Source: Azolla caroliniana
Lineage: Eukaryota; Plantae; Polypodiophyta
Direction of reading: 5' to 3'
Assembly (NCBI GenBank): GCA_043228905.1
Contig: JBHGNT010000001.1
Location: forward strand, 23,994,001 to 24,058,000
DNA: 64,000 nt
Numbering within the stretch: the stretch's first letter is position 1; the number at the start of each line of letters is the position of its first letter. Shown one piece after another: positions 25,744 through 39,400 of the stretch. The translations under genes and the position numbers were made by a program. The notes below the pieces were generated by a model. It was given only the letters and a program-made list of their open reading frames with translations, was not told the origin of the DNA and searched no databases.

Positions 25744-27590
25744 TATAAAAAGAGAGACGACTACTGAAAATGGAAGCCAAATAGTTACAAAAAAACTTGA
25801 TGAAAACCATTTCCTTGCGTGGAAATTCAGAATGACAAATTTCCTGATGGGAAAAGGGTATTGTGAAGGAGACCTAGAGGAGGCTCTAGAGATCCCTGAA
25901 GAAATTGCAACTACTGCACAAATCAAAGCATTTAAAGATTGGAATCAAGGGGCAAGAAAAGTGATCCATTGGCTATCACTTAGCATCTAAGATTCGATGC
26001 TTGGATATATACAAGATGCTCTACTTCCAAAGGAGGCTTGGGACAATTTGGTGAAACTGTTCGCATTAAATACAAAGGCAAGAAAACTTCAGTTGAAAAC
26101 TGAACTAAATACATTGGAAAAAGTTAAAATGTTACTCAATGAGTATGCTTTGAAAATAAAGAGCACATTGAGTCACTTGCTCCCATTAATGTAAAGGTAG
26201 AAGATGATGATAAAGTAGAAGTATGCTTAAGGGGTTTAGGACCTCAATATAAAAGTTTCAAAACATCCATTCTCCCAAGTTTTGTAGATTTGGTTTCAAT
26301 GCTAGTACTGGAAGAAAGAAACCTTATTGAAGTTACAACAAAGGAAACTCTGAACTGCGGGGCAAGCTCTCTACAATAGTGCTGGAAGAGGCCGAGGAAG
26401 AGGCCATGGCATATTTGGTTCAACTAGAACCAATAATAATTATCAAGGAAGAGGACTACAAGCCATAAGTGGAACAAATAACATGAGAGGCATGGGGAGC
26501 AATCGTGGTAGAGGTAAGAATTTTTTTTTGAGTGATGATGGCTATTGGGATTGTGGAAAATCAGGCCATACACAGGCTGAATGTTATAAAAAACAAATGA
26601 TGAAAACTGAGGGAAGAGGCAACAAAATAACTATGCTTCAACTAGTGAAAACTGTGACAAAGAGGGTGCTTTTGTGATGCACCATGAAACAACAACAATG
26701 ATTTAAAGTTCACAGAGATGTAATGAAGATTGTGTGTTGTATGTAGATTCCGGGGCTATGACCGGACATGCAGATTGATTTGAAAGTCTAAAAGAACCTA
26801 ACATTCCTGGTTATGTACAAATTGGCGATAATACTACTCATACAATCGAACAAAGTAGGAGGAGGAAAAACAAAGTATATGTTGAATGTTATGCATGTTC
26901 CAAATCTTGCAAAAAAACCGATTTCTGTTCAATGGACAGATAGTAGAGCAAGGAATGCAAGTAAAGTTCAAGAAAAGTGGTTGCTTTATAGAGAAACATG
27001 GTAAGGTGATAGCAAAAGGAAAACGCCAAGGAAGAATGTTTGTTTTAGATGTGGATATGCCTAAAATGACTACAGCCATGTTTGCAGGAGGATTGAATGT
27101 AATCTCAGATGTAGAAATGTGGCATAAACAAATCGGACACATAAGCATGAAAACTTTGCAAAATATGTTGAGAAAAAATGTAGTGGTTGGAGCGTCGAAG
27201 TTGAAAGACTGTGAGATGAGCAAAATATGTGAAGCATGTCAATATGGAAAGAAAAATAGGTTGCCTTTCCCTCATGAAGGACATATAAGCAAAAACTTGT
27301 TGGATTTGGTACATATAGATGTTTGGGGACCGACAAAAAATGCATAAATTGGTGGATGCAAGTTTTATGTAACATTCATTGATGATTGCTCAAGGAAAAC
27401 ATGGGTTTATTTCATGAAAGAGAAGAGTGAAGTATTGTGAGTGTTTTCGTAAGTTCAAATGCATAGTAGAAAGCAGGCCGAAACTAGAATAAAATGTTTA
27501 AGTTTTGATGGAGGAGGAGAATACTTCTTGACAAATGAATTCTCTAGTTTTCTATGCAATCAAGGAATAAGGAGACAGTTCACATGTAGA

Positions 27591-28658
27591 CATAGAACGT
27601 AATATTCGTGTTCGTGCAAGCATTCCAATGTTTGGAAACGAACACGTTTGAAAGGGCAAAAATACGTGCTCCTTTTTGTTTCTTTTTTTTCATTTAGCTC
27701 ACCCTAGTGGTAAGGAGTCATGTTATTGTTGTCTATGTCTTGGGTTCGATTCCCAATTTTCTCATCTCTTTCTCTCTCTCATTAGTACCATGTCATAGCA
27801 AATTTTTATGTTAGTCTTATAATAGTTTTTTCCTTTTATTTTTTCATTATTACAACTAAGCACAACCTAGTGGTAAGTTGTTGTGCTACTATTACTTGTG
27901 TCTTGGGGTCAATTCCTAACTTTCTCATATCCTCTTGTTAGTGTCATGGCAAAATTTTATGTTAGTGTCATGGTCCTTTTTCTTCTTTTTCTTTCTTTCT
28001 TTGTTAGTAGAAATTAGCTCACCCGAGTGGTAAGTTGTTATGCTACTAATGCCTATGTCATGGCAAATTTTTATGTTAGTGTGATGTTCCTTTTTCTTTC
28101 TTTATTTCTTTCTTTGTTATTAGAAATTAGCTCACCCGAGTGGTAAGTTGTTATGCTACTACTGCCTATGTCATGGCAAATTTTTATGTTAGTTTGATGT
28201 TCCTTTTTCTTTCTTTATTTCTTTCTTTGTTATTAGATTCAATTAGGTCATCCTAGTGGTAAGTTGTTATGCTAATACTACCTATGTCATGTTTTCTTCA
28301 TATTCTCGAATATACATTTTATGAGTTATTGAACGTTTGATTATAATTTATAATGACATATTTTGATTCAATCTCTATAGTTGATACTCTCTTTTTTTTA
28401 AAGTTCTAAAGTGAGGATGATAGAGATGTCTTGATTCGCATCCCAAAAGAATGCATGTGATACAATGCAAATATTGCAACCATACTTATGTTGGTGGTTC
28501 ACAATGGATTAGAGTCCACTTATTAGGATTGAGAGTGAATCAATATATAATATAGACCCTAGTCAATCCAATCCAACTTTGAGATGATTTACCATACACG
28601 TTTGATTGAATCATTCTCGAATGCGAATGCACGTATGATACGTATGGTTCATTCTATG
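27591..28658. mobile_element. Non-autonomous hAT element inserted in the copia integrase
   Basis: TIR CATAGAA/TTCTATG; 8-bp TSD CATGTAGA at 27583-27590 and 28659-28666; splits QFTCR|TPQQNGVAE. Confidence 0.93.
27695..28292 (+). repeat. Five tandem units headed by a tRNA-like A box, inside the hAT element
   Basis: TAGCTCACCCTAGTGGTAAG-like heads at about 27695, 27858, 28015, 28128 and 28244; B box GGGTTCGATTCCC at 27742-27754. Confidence 0.75.
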
Positions 28659-31012
28659 CATGTAGATAGACTCCACAACAAAATGGAGTGGCTGAGAAGA
28701 AAAACAGAACACTGGTAAACATAGCAAGAGCTTTGATGACAGAAAAAAATATGTCATTGTATTATTGGTTGAATCTATAAATACATCAAACGATATTCTA
28801 AATAGATGCATAACATCTAGAGTACATGTAGTAACTCCTGAAGAATGATTCTATGGTAGGAAACCTAGTTTAGAACACTTAAAAGTGTTTGGATGGCTTG
28901 CTTATGTTCATGTACTTGCTAAAGTAAGAAGTAAGCTTGATCCAAAAGCTGAAAATTGTGTTTTTGTGGGATATTTAGAGAAGAAAAAAGGGTATAGTTA
29001 TTATAACCCTTTGACAAAAAAGATTGTAGTAAGCCATGATGTAATATTCAATGAGTTGGACAGTTGGTACAACCCAAAATAGAATGTAGAAACTGATGAA
29101 GACAATGAATGAAGATAGAAATCAATCTGAAAAAGAAAGGGATTGCCATGGAAATGGAAATAAGGTTGGACAACAAAGTCCAACATCGATAGCATGTACT
29201 GAACCATCTAAAAACTTTGGTAGTAAATCTAATTCAAATGCTTGGAGTGGGAAAAATGCAAGACATAAAAAATATGATGACAAAAAGGGAAAACAGAAGA
29301 TGCCAGAATATGAAATGTTTGATGAAAGGATCTAGAAACATGGAAGATGTACATTCAGACGTATCATTGGATGAAGAGCTAGGTACACAATTCTTGAAAA
29401 TCCCTGGTGTTGAAAGAGAGATGAAAGATACAAATCAGAAACTGAGAAGATCGGATAGAGAGAAAAAATCTGTTGAAAGATGTGATTATGATACATACAT
29501 GGTTATGCATTATGCATATATGTCTAAAGTGGTACAAATCCCTAATCCAAATAGTTTTGATGAAGCAAAAGCTGAGATGAAGCAAAAGCTGAGATGAAAT
29601 GGGTGAATGCAATTCAAGAAGAAATAGATGCATTGGCTAAAAACAAAACATGGATTTGGTAAAATTGCCAAAAGGAAAAAATGTTGTAGGTTGCAAACAG
29701 GTCCACAAAACAAAGCATGATTCTAATGGGAATGTAAGTAGACATAAAGCAAGACTTGTTGCAAAGGGATATGCCCAAATGCAAGGAATTGATTATGATG
29801 ATTGCACCGGTTGCAAAAATGGCAACCTTGAGGACACTACTTGATGTAACTGCAGCCAAAAGATGGGTTCTACACCATCTGGATGAAAAAAATGCTTTTT
29901 TACATGGTAACTTAGAAGAGGAAGTATACATGTGTCAACGACCAGGATTTGAAGATAAGAAGCATCCAAAATATGTTTGTAATCTGAAAAATTCTCTCTA
30001 TGGACTGAAACAAGCATTGAGAGCATGTCACAAGAAACTTTCAGAATCTTTGAAAAAAAATTCTTTCAAAATTTCAAAGGTTGATCCATCATTGTATGTA
30101 AAGATTGTGAATGACTGCATTGTTTTGTTTTTTATTTATGTTGATGATTTAATCATCGGAGGTGATTTTATGGATGAAATAAGCAAGCCGAAGAAAAATC
30201 TGGAAATGCAATTTCATATGAAGGATTTGGGAGAGTTGAAATACTTTCTTGGTATTGAGATAATCAGATTTGAAAGTGGAATATATATACTACAAAAGCA
30301 GTATGTAACAATTGTGTTGAAGAAGTATGGAATGCTTGCATGCAAACCTATTGATGTACCACTGGATAAGAACTGCAAATTGAGGGCTGATTTGGGAGCA
30401 AAAACAACATATGTGAACATGTACAGATCTGTGGTGGGCAACCTCATATACTTGCCTATAACAAGACCTAATTTAAGTTATGCAATTGGATTAATCATCC
30501 AATTTATGCAACAACCAACAAAGCCATATTTGGATTGCATTAGAAGAATTTTGAGGTATGTAAAAGCTACTCAAAACTATGGATTGTTTTACAGGGCTAA
30601 TTTGGACATAAAGTTAGAAGGATATACAAATGTTGATTGGGATGGAAGACAAACTGATGGAATATCCACAAGTGGATATATGTTTATATTGGGAAGTGCA
30701 GCTATTTCATGGAGTAGCAAGAAACAAGCTATTGTTGCATTGTCAAGTATTGAAGCTGAATATAGAGGAGTTGCAATAGCTACATGTGAAGAAGTATGGA
30801 TTAGAAGATTGATTGCTGATTTGGGAGAGTATTTAGTGTAATGAAATTGAAGGTTTTTGGGTTGCTACAAAGGTGAGTCTCCTTCCCCCCTTTCCTTCTC
30901 TCTTGAACCCTAAACGATCCTGCACATCACGTGTCTGTTGTTGCACTAAGAAGAACCGTAGCACCTTATTAACACAAACTTCAAGTATATTTCTACTTAT
31001 CACTATACTTAG

Positions 31013-31420
31013 TATGTAATAGGAGGATCTCATTCAACTGAAGCCTGACGTCAACTCGCCAAAGAATATCCTCTGACCCCTTTCTTCAAATATGTTGAAT
31101 GTAAAGTGTACGGGGGTCTAACTAATGAAGAGGCCAAGTTGCTAGCTTGGGACCATAATAACAACAACGATTACAGACAAAAAATGTCTTGTATTGAACG
31201 CAGAAGATTCTTTCACCACGAGTATCTTGATGCTTTGCAAAGATATGTCCTAGATTACAACTTGGACTGTGTCGCCAATGTTTACTAGAGGTGGGGATAG
31301 CAGTTGATGAAAGCACAAAATCATAAGCATTTGGAACAAGGGAAGTGTGGGACTTACAAGATAAAATATTTAACATGTGGGAGAGAAAAGAAGTGAAGGG
31401 TCAACTGGCAAAGAAGGTCA
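31013..31420 (+). pseudogene. Degenerate exon with a ParB/sulfiredoxin-like motif
   Basis: After a TTAG acceptor: YVIGGSHSTEA*RQLAKEYP...VYGGLTNEEAKLLAWDHN...; stops and frameshifts present. Confidence 0.4.
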
Positions 31421-32074
31421 GGGGACCTTGTGGACTTAGAAGACGTATGAGAGTCCGAACATATAATTGATTCTGCTAAGCGTACCGATGAAGGCAATGA
31501 CGAAAATCCCAATCAAATAGTTAATCCTGAAGAGCCTCCCTTACCGGACTTACTATTGGATTGAATGCATATGGCTTATTGTAAAATTTGAATATTTCTC
31601 TCGACATAATAGTATCTCTTAATTGCAACCTTCACAATTTCCTTTAAGATGTATTATATATTAATATACACACAAAATTAGAAGAAGACACTTATTCAGT
31701 AGGGTATGATTTTTAGCTTATGCACAATGACTTGTGATACAATTATACTTGCATGGACTTCCATACCTTATCTAAAATTTGGATAAAAAACATGATAGAT
31801 AGATTACACGTCAGATGATTTTGTTGTCATGATATTATTTAGTTCTATTTTTCGCTATGTTTTAAGAAACCATGTACGCATACGTCGTGCCTTTTTGAAA
31901 GTCTACTAAAATAAGGCGTTTTTTAGCATCTCACCAAGACATTAAAAAGAGAATGCGACATATTACTTGTTTCAAATGACCCGATGTTACTCAATCGCAA
32001 TCTGTGAAGCTAACATGCTTAGATTCATTGAAATAACATCAAATATTTATTATCGCCTTCGAAGAAAGTATTTC

Positions 32075-34520
32075 GTGACTAAAGCTTCGAAGTCGATGTT
32101 GATTTTGAAGAAAAGAAGACAATAATAGAACAAGAAGATGACAAGGGTGCTAAAGACTAGCGTTGAACCGGAATGGTTCAACACTAAGCAGATCGTCGAC
32201 TTATATAGCATACATAGGATCATGCATAATCCCACTTGGCACACATGTTGTGTGCCACTCGGTGTACATGCATACATGTCATTTGGCAATCATCCATTAT
32301 GTCCAATACCATAACTCTAAATAATAATAATATGAAAATATGTTTATTTTAATTGAAATAAGAGGGTGTGATTATTAGAGTGTAAAACTCTTATTTAAAG
32401 GTTACAAATTCAACTCTTGATATTGACATTTTGTGACATTATTTCCTCCTTTCGCGATGAGTTCCACGAGTCGCAATGCATGAACTAGGATTTGGTTTAT
32501 TAGGTATCGAAGATGAAGATCTTGTATAAGTTCAAGGGCATTAGCGACATTCTATGCAGTTTCTCATGTTCGATTGTCAAGTGTGTATCCCAGCCAATCT
32601 ACCATGTGATATAACGTGTTGTGGATGATCATGGAGCCCAAAATAGCTTCACCTCATATTTTGGCCCTTTAGCAAGTTCAACTAGAGGTGGTGGTGGAGC
32701 TACCTGGTTTGGGATAGAACTTAATGTCCATGGCTTTAACAATGAAACATGAAATAATGGATGAAGATGCATATGTGAAGGCAGGTCCAAACAAATTGCA
32801 ACATTGTTGACCTTATCAGATATTACAAAGGGATCTAGACATTGGAAATCCAATTTGTCACATGGTCTAGTGGTTTTCACATTACGATGTAATAGCCATA
32901 CACGATCACCAACTTGAAACTTAGGTTTTTCGGGTGCAGAATGCAACTAATGTCTATCTGCAACTTTCTTGTACCTAGCTTGAGCATGAAACAAATGATC
33001 ACAAAGCTTGGCTTGACTTTCTTTGAGTTGTTCTAGACTATCCTTTACAACAAGATTGTTTGAGACTTTTGGATATTTGAGCATCATCCAACGAGTATAA
33101 CATATTTTGTTTGCAAAGAATAGAGTGATTTCCTTAGAAGGATGGATTGAATTATTGTAAGAAAACTTGACCATTTGTAAGAAATCCATCCAATCATCTT
33201 GTTGGTAGTACGTAAAGCAACAGAGATACTACTCTAATGTTTCATTTGTGTGTTCACTTTGATCATCCATTTGTGTGTTCACTTTGTAATAAATTGTGAC
33301 CCACGATCACTAATGATTTCATCTGGAAGGTCATGATGCTTGAAAAAATCTCACATAACAAGATATGTCGTTACCTGACTAGTAAAAGTCTTTCTACATG
33401 GAAGAAAATGTGACATTTTCATAAAACAATCCACTAGTATAAGAATAGCATCGTAAACTTTGGAAGATGGGAGATGAGAACTAAAAATGACCATATCGCG
33501 TGCAAAAAGCAATTTTCCATTCATCACCAAGGCAAATGTGAACAAGGTTGTAAGCGCCCTGTAAGTGTAGCCTTGTGAAGTATTTGGCCCCATTGAGAGG
33601 CTCCAAGAGAGTTGCAATCAATGGTAGAGCATATTGACTTCAGATCATAACCTTGTTCAAGCCTCACTAATCTATGAACAAACGTAAAGAGCCATCTTTC
33701 TTCTTAATGAAAAGAATATGTCAACCAATAGGAGATTGAAAATGTTGAATAAACCCATTTGCATGATTATCATCAATATATTTTGGAAGAACTTTCAATT
33801 CTAATGGTGAAAGGTTATAAATTAGTCCCCATTGTGGTACCTTCTCAAGATGCAAATCAATGGGACAATCATATGGCCAATGATCATGAAGTATCTTGGC
33901 CTTTACCTAATCTAACACATCGGAAAATTCGTCATACTTTGATGGTAAATGGACCTCAGAATCTTGTGGGTTTGAAAACAGGGTCATGAGCACCACAAAC
34001 ATGAACAACTCTTCTACCCTAGCTTCTTTACGTAACTTGAGTACTTACTTGATTTAATTGCGTCTTTGGTCGATGTGGACAATGTATTGCTATTTGTCCT
34101 AGACCACCACAATATATGCAAACTCGATTTGCTCGACATCGTTGTTTCTTTGCTTTAGACAAAGGAGCTCGGTGACATGTTGCACCAATCTCCATTGGAC
34201 TAGGTCTATCAAAAGAATTAGGATTGGGAACTTGCATTGGTCTAAAGGTGGCTAGGCTAATGTTGAAGCATATGTTTGCTCAAATCTAAGCCTTGTTGGC
34301 ACTCAAAACATCATCCAAACAAATGATTATCGCATTGAACTACGTGGTTAATAACTTTTGTCAGCGATTTAGGTTCATCGCGAAATGTTAGGAGCAAGTC
34401 ATTACACAAATCACGTCGGAATAAGTCCATTAGCACCACTTCATCCCAAAGGATACCACAAGCAAGAATACAAAAATCTACTGCGTAAGCTGAAACTAGC
34501 CGATCTCCTTGACACACTCT
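32075..34520 (-). mobile_element. Degenerate chromovirus (Tcn1-like Ty3/gypsy)
   Basis: gag CIYCGGLGQIAIHCP, RT remnants, integrase (ILVDCFMKMSHF; FQVGDRVWL..HPLFHVSLL), chromodomain, PPT GGAGGAAATAA and LTR start TGTCAC at 32438; outer boundaries approximate. Confidence 0.85.
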
Positions 34521-36413
34521 TCAAAGCTTGTTTATCTTCGTTCTTACACTATCCCTCCCCCTCTCCTTCCATTCCTCTTAAATTTTTCTTATAACATAGG
34601 TCCATATCTATCTTGTATTACAACTATACATCTACGAATTGTTAATTGCACTAGAATTTGAAGTGCATAATTTAATCCAATTGATTAGTTATCACAAGAT
34701 AATGCATGACAAAGTTGCCATTTTTACCTTCAGTTCATCATTCATGAGACAAGCATAATGAATCACATTCTTGATTGTTATTACAACATTTTCCTAATAA
34801 CAATATGTTCACCAATGAAAATCCTCCATGCTATATCACAAATTCTCCAATCTTGGATGTAGCAATAAGACATTTAGTTTATTTGCAAATAGGCTTCAAC
34901 CACATTCATTTCAATGATTAAATCATCCACTTCTCATTCTATCTTTTATAACAAGAACCATTTGGAAATATCTTTGAAGATGAGCAACTATTCCTAACCA
35001 TCAAGAAGAGTTTACATAACACATTTCAAGTTAGGATTCAAAATATCAACTCAAACCATGGAACTCCATGTGTATCATATTTGTGTAAACATCAAGAACA
35101 TTTTACATTCTTATATAAGAATAATCTCATTTATAAACTAACACTCTAAGTATCTCAAAACAATAAAAAATCAAGAACATTTTACATTACAACACATATA
35201 AGAATAATCTCATTTATAAAGTAGCACTCTAGGTACCCCAGAACAATCAATAAGTTCTCATTCGTATATAATTAGTCTACAAATGCATGGTTTAATACAT
35301 TATGTTAATCTATATCAAATACATGGTAGTTGCCCATGTATGAAAGAAAGCTTCCTCGTAAATGTATTTGACTCCAAAAACATATCAATATCATTGCTAG
35401 TTTTCCATTTCCCTTATATTTTGCATTATGTTCTCAAAATCAGCCAATGTAAAGGCATGTATGGTATGAAAGGACGGGCTAGTCAAGGATGAGTATCACT
35501 TGCTTTTTACATGCTCTACATATGGTGCAATTCATGAAAGTTATGCCAATATATTAAGAGGGGGTGATGATGGAGTGTCATACTAAAGATAACACCTAGA
35601 CGGTTGAGCTCATATCTGTATACCTTATTCACACATCAATACTTGGTGCTTCAAAGCATGAATAACCCTTCTTTGGAAGGAGACACACATCAAGAAAATG
35701 TTTGTACTTAGGTCCCGTGGGTCCATATTGACCTCTCTATGGACAATAAAAATATCTATCCATCTATCTTCTTCTCTTTTACTATCAAATAGAATACAAC
35801 TTACAATGATAAGAGTATACTATGTTTATATCCACAAGAAACCATTGCTTTTTAACACTTTTGGTTTCAAGATTTTTAAGTGTTATAAAATTATTCAACA
35901 AGCCTAAAGTCAATGAAGCGACGTTTTTGTCAAGAATCTTTGACATTATTGTGCATTCATTCTAAATCATTTTGCTCGCAAATATAATCTTTGCAATCAA
36001 AAATCTTCAAAAGAAGGCAAAAAAGCCCTTTTGAAGCTTTATTTATAGGTAAAGTACATGAGTTGTTTTATACTCTTCTATAAGAATCTATAAACAAAAT
36101 ACACACAAAACACTAGGAAGAATATGCAAGTCCCATTGCGGTTAATGCTCTCGATAATTACTCAGGCTTGTTAAAGTCAAAAAGTGATTGACAAGTCTTC
36201 TCCTATATCTTTTTTGGCGAGTCGCTCGACCAAACATATCGTTATTTCCGCGAGGTATAAAATATTATATGATTATACATAGGATGTATTGTGGATAACA
36301 TGTATCGAAAGAGCATTAAATGCAAAGAAACTTTGAGATATTATCAAATCATAAGAAAGCACCACTACATGTTTTGAGCGAGAACATTAAATGCACTGAA
36401 ATGGTTGAAAATA

Positions 36414-39400
36414 TCAAACCATAAATGCACCAGTGTTTGAATTGGATTCCCCTTGCCAATCCGTCCCTAACCTGTACTTACAAATCGGACAAGTTGCTTG
36501 TTGCCTTAACCATTGATCTATGCAGTTTGCATGGAACTGATAACATTAAAAAAAGACCATTAAATATTTGTTACAAAACAGAAGTGGCAGAGCAGTCTAA
36601 ACATAGTTTGTTACAAATATATTACAATAATATATTATTTAGGTTTAGGTTTTGTAGGTAGCAGAGCAATATAAATCCCGCAATTGTTTATGTATATTGT
36701 TGTTATAAAATAACAATAATATATGGGATTTAGGGTTTGTCTAATGCTTACTTGATGAAGACAAGGCAAGCTTCTCACAATCTCTCCGTCCATAACTTGT
36801 TCAAGACACACACTACATGTCAACTCTTCGTCTCTTCCTTTTGATGGAGAATCCGAAATGATTATCGCATCTGATTTTTTCTGATGAGATGGAGGAAAAA
36901 AAGTTTTCAGACTTAGCTTTGTGTGCTTAATTCTGGAATTCATGCTTCCTTTTCTTGATAGGTAATATTACACACATGCATTCACCCAAAAGTTGAGAAG
37001 ATATCTATGGAACGAGCATACAGTAAATCCAAGTTTTCACAGAATAGAGATCATACCTATATATAATTATATATAGTATGTATATGTAGGATGTCATTAT
37101 TTCCACGACGTTATAAAATTACAGCCAAAATTCCTATACATCCACCTCACAACATAAACAATTGCATTGGTTTTCGGCAACAAACAATGTGTCATTTACA
37201 GCAAATATATGGGCTATTTATCAATTGTTGTGACATTTTGATTCATAACTAAATATGATCCAAGGAGTCCTTAATTGATATACAGAGAAAGCATCCAGTG
37301 TTGGCTTTTTCACCCATTAGTTTTTTCGGACGCTAGATCTTGTGCCTCCCTCTTTAAATCATCCTCACTGTTAGCTCCTACTCCAATAACACTGATAAAA
37401 ATTACGGGGGAGAAGGATAGAGAGACAAACCAGTCCCATCTCACTTGACGTAGCCTTTTGTGAAGAGGATCCTTTTTCACTGAATTTTAGAATCATTTCA
37501 TATGTTAGTCCATTAAATTCTAAAATTTCCATAACCAGTGAATTCAAAAAAAATGTTATATAACTGTCATCTTTATTTAAACTGCATTCGACTGAAAATA
37601 TGCCTCTGCAAGTTTACATATCTGAGCAATGACTGCAACTTTGGGCATCTTTCTTATGAGGCCACATGATCAATGGCATATGATGGATAGGTTGATGGGA
37701 TTACAGTTTCAGAAAGTTTGGATCAAATAGGGCAATTCTGGATTATTAAAATTCTTTCATTTGGTAATATAATGATTATTTTTACAGAGATTTGCAACAT
37801 TTGCAAAGCTGTCATCTACGATGATAAGGAAAATATGATACACCACATATCTATTACATAGAAAATCAAGGTACTGAATTCCATACCTGGTTGAGTGATT
37901 GCCACTTCTAGCTTGGTCAGTGTGTGATTTATGCTTATGCAACGGAAGAGCATTAATTTCCGAATCAGTTAGAGAAGATACACCAGGAGGATTGTCCCCA
38001 TCTAATGCTCTCAATGCATCATAGTCTGTTCAAAATAGAAATCACAAACATATTTTGACCCATCACAACAAAGACACATGTACAGTTCATCCAATATAAT
38101 CAAATTCCCTGAAAGATAATAAAAAAAGCATGTGTACAAACCAAAGAGGAATTCAAAAGTAGTCCTGAGTGTTCCCTTAATTCCCTAAGTTTTCATTACT
38201 TCTCTAAATGCCCCTAAGTTTTCATTACTTCCATAAATGCCCTTAGTCAATCCCCCAAAAGAAAAAACTATATGAGAAATTATGCAGTCAATTCATCCCC
38301 TTCTTTATCAAATATATGTATGTTCTCTTTGAGCAATTATATGGTCAATTGATTCCCTTTTCTCTCACTTTCTGGGGAAATTTCAGAGAAAAAGGAAAAC
38401 TTGCGGGTATTTCAAAATTTTCCCCCATAAACTACAATAATATCAAATCATATACAAGCATGGAATACTTACCAAGGTCATCAAAGTCTCGATCAAGTAG
38501 GGCAAGCTGCAATCGAAGCCCTTGCAAACGGCCTCTTGTTGCAAATGCTATAGATGGTGGCATACGCAACCGAAATTCAGTATGACCAACTATACCGCCA
38601 GAACCACCACCAGCAGCAGCATGTGCCTGTGCTTGTGCCTGCAATTGTTGGCATATAGCATACACTCGTAGACCCGTTGCCACAAGAAAAACACCCATCC
38701 CTAGCCAAAGCTGTAAGAGATCAATATAGGGTACCTTAGCTATTTCATAGATTACAGTGCCTTTGTAATAGAGAAGTTGAGGTATTTTTGAATCTAAGTA
38801 TACCAAAAAATTTGGTGACATTTGATGAGAGTTCAGAATCATAAACAGCAAAAGAACTGAAAGCCAAACAAACAATGTTATTTAGTTTTTAGGGCATGTG
38901 TCATAAACCTTGGCATCCTAATTCCAAACATAAACCTACATAAAACATCGTGAAAGTTTGAGATAAGTGTGATCATGCATAATCCAGATTCCAGACCATT
39001 AATTATGTAATTATTAGAATTTAAGTTTAAAGTATTCATATAGTTCTTGAATATGTGATCATGATGAATGTACCTGTAACAATGAATGCCATTGAATTCG
39101 AATTGACTGCCCTTCCATTTCCATTAAACCTCTGATGGAAAAATCAAGTCAAATAAACAAAATGCGGACCGTCCGAAGAATAATCAATATTATTTTGTTT
39201 GCTTGGGAACAAACCAGAATAATTATATACCTCTTTTATAAGAGTTTGAGTTCAAGACGGGAAGAATGAAAAGAGATTTACATAAAATATCAAATAAGAA
39301 AAGTCATGCAAAAGAAAGGATCGGGAAAAAGCTATGATACTTCTTTTGAGACTACTTAAGGATGAACTCCATATGCCTTAGAATCAGATGACGTGTGAAA

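Larger units (their letters stand above)
20604..30974 (+). mobile_element. Old AT-rich copia element hosting two nested insertions
   Basis: 5' LTR 20604-20892 with PBS TGGTATTAGAG; degenerate gag-pol about 25770-30836; partial 3' LTR 30837-30974 matches 20755-20892; RNase H end and PPT are deleted; no TSD found. Confidence 0.88.

Noticed and set aside
27695-28292. CRISPR-like array or true tRNA genes
   Set aside because: Whole units are homologous with no unique spacers, the context is eukaryotic, and no cloverleaf or acceptor stem is evident
37305-37395. Possible extra SDIR1 exon (VIGVGANSEDDLKRE)
   Set aside because: The acceptor is plausible but I found no in-phase GT donor; it would need a GC donor and cannot be supported without RNA data
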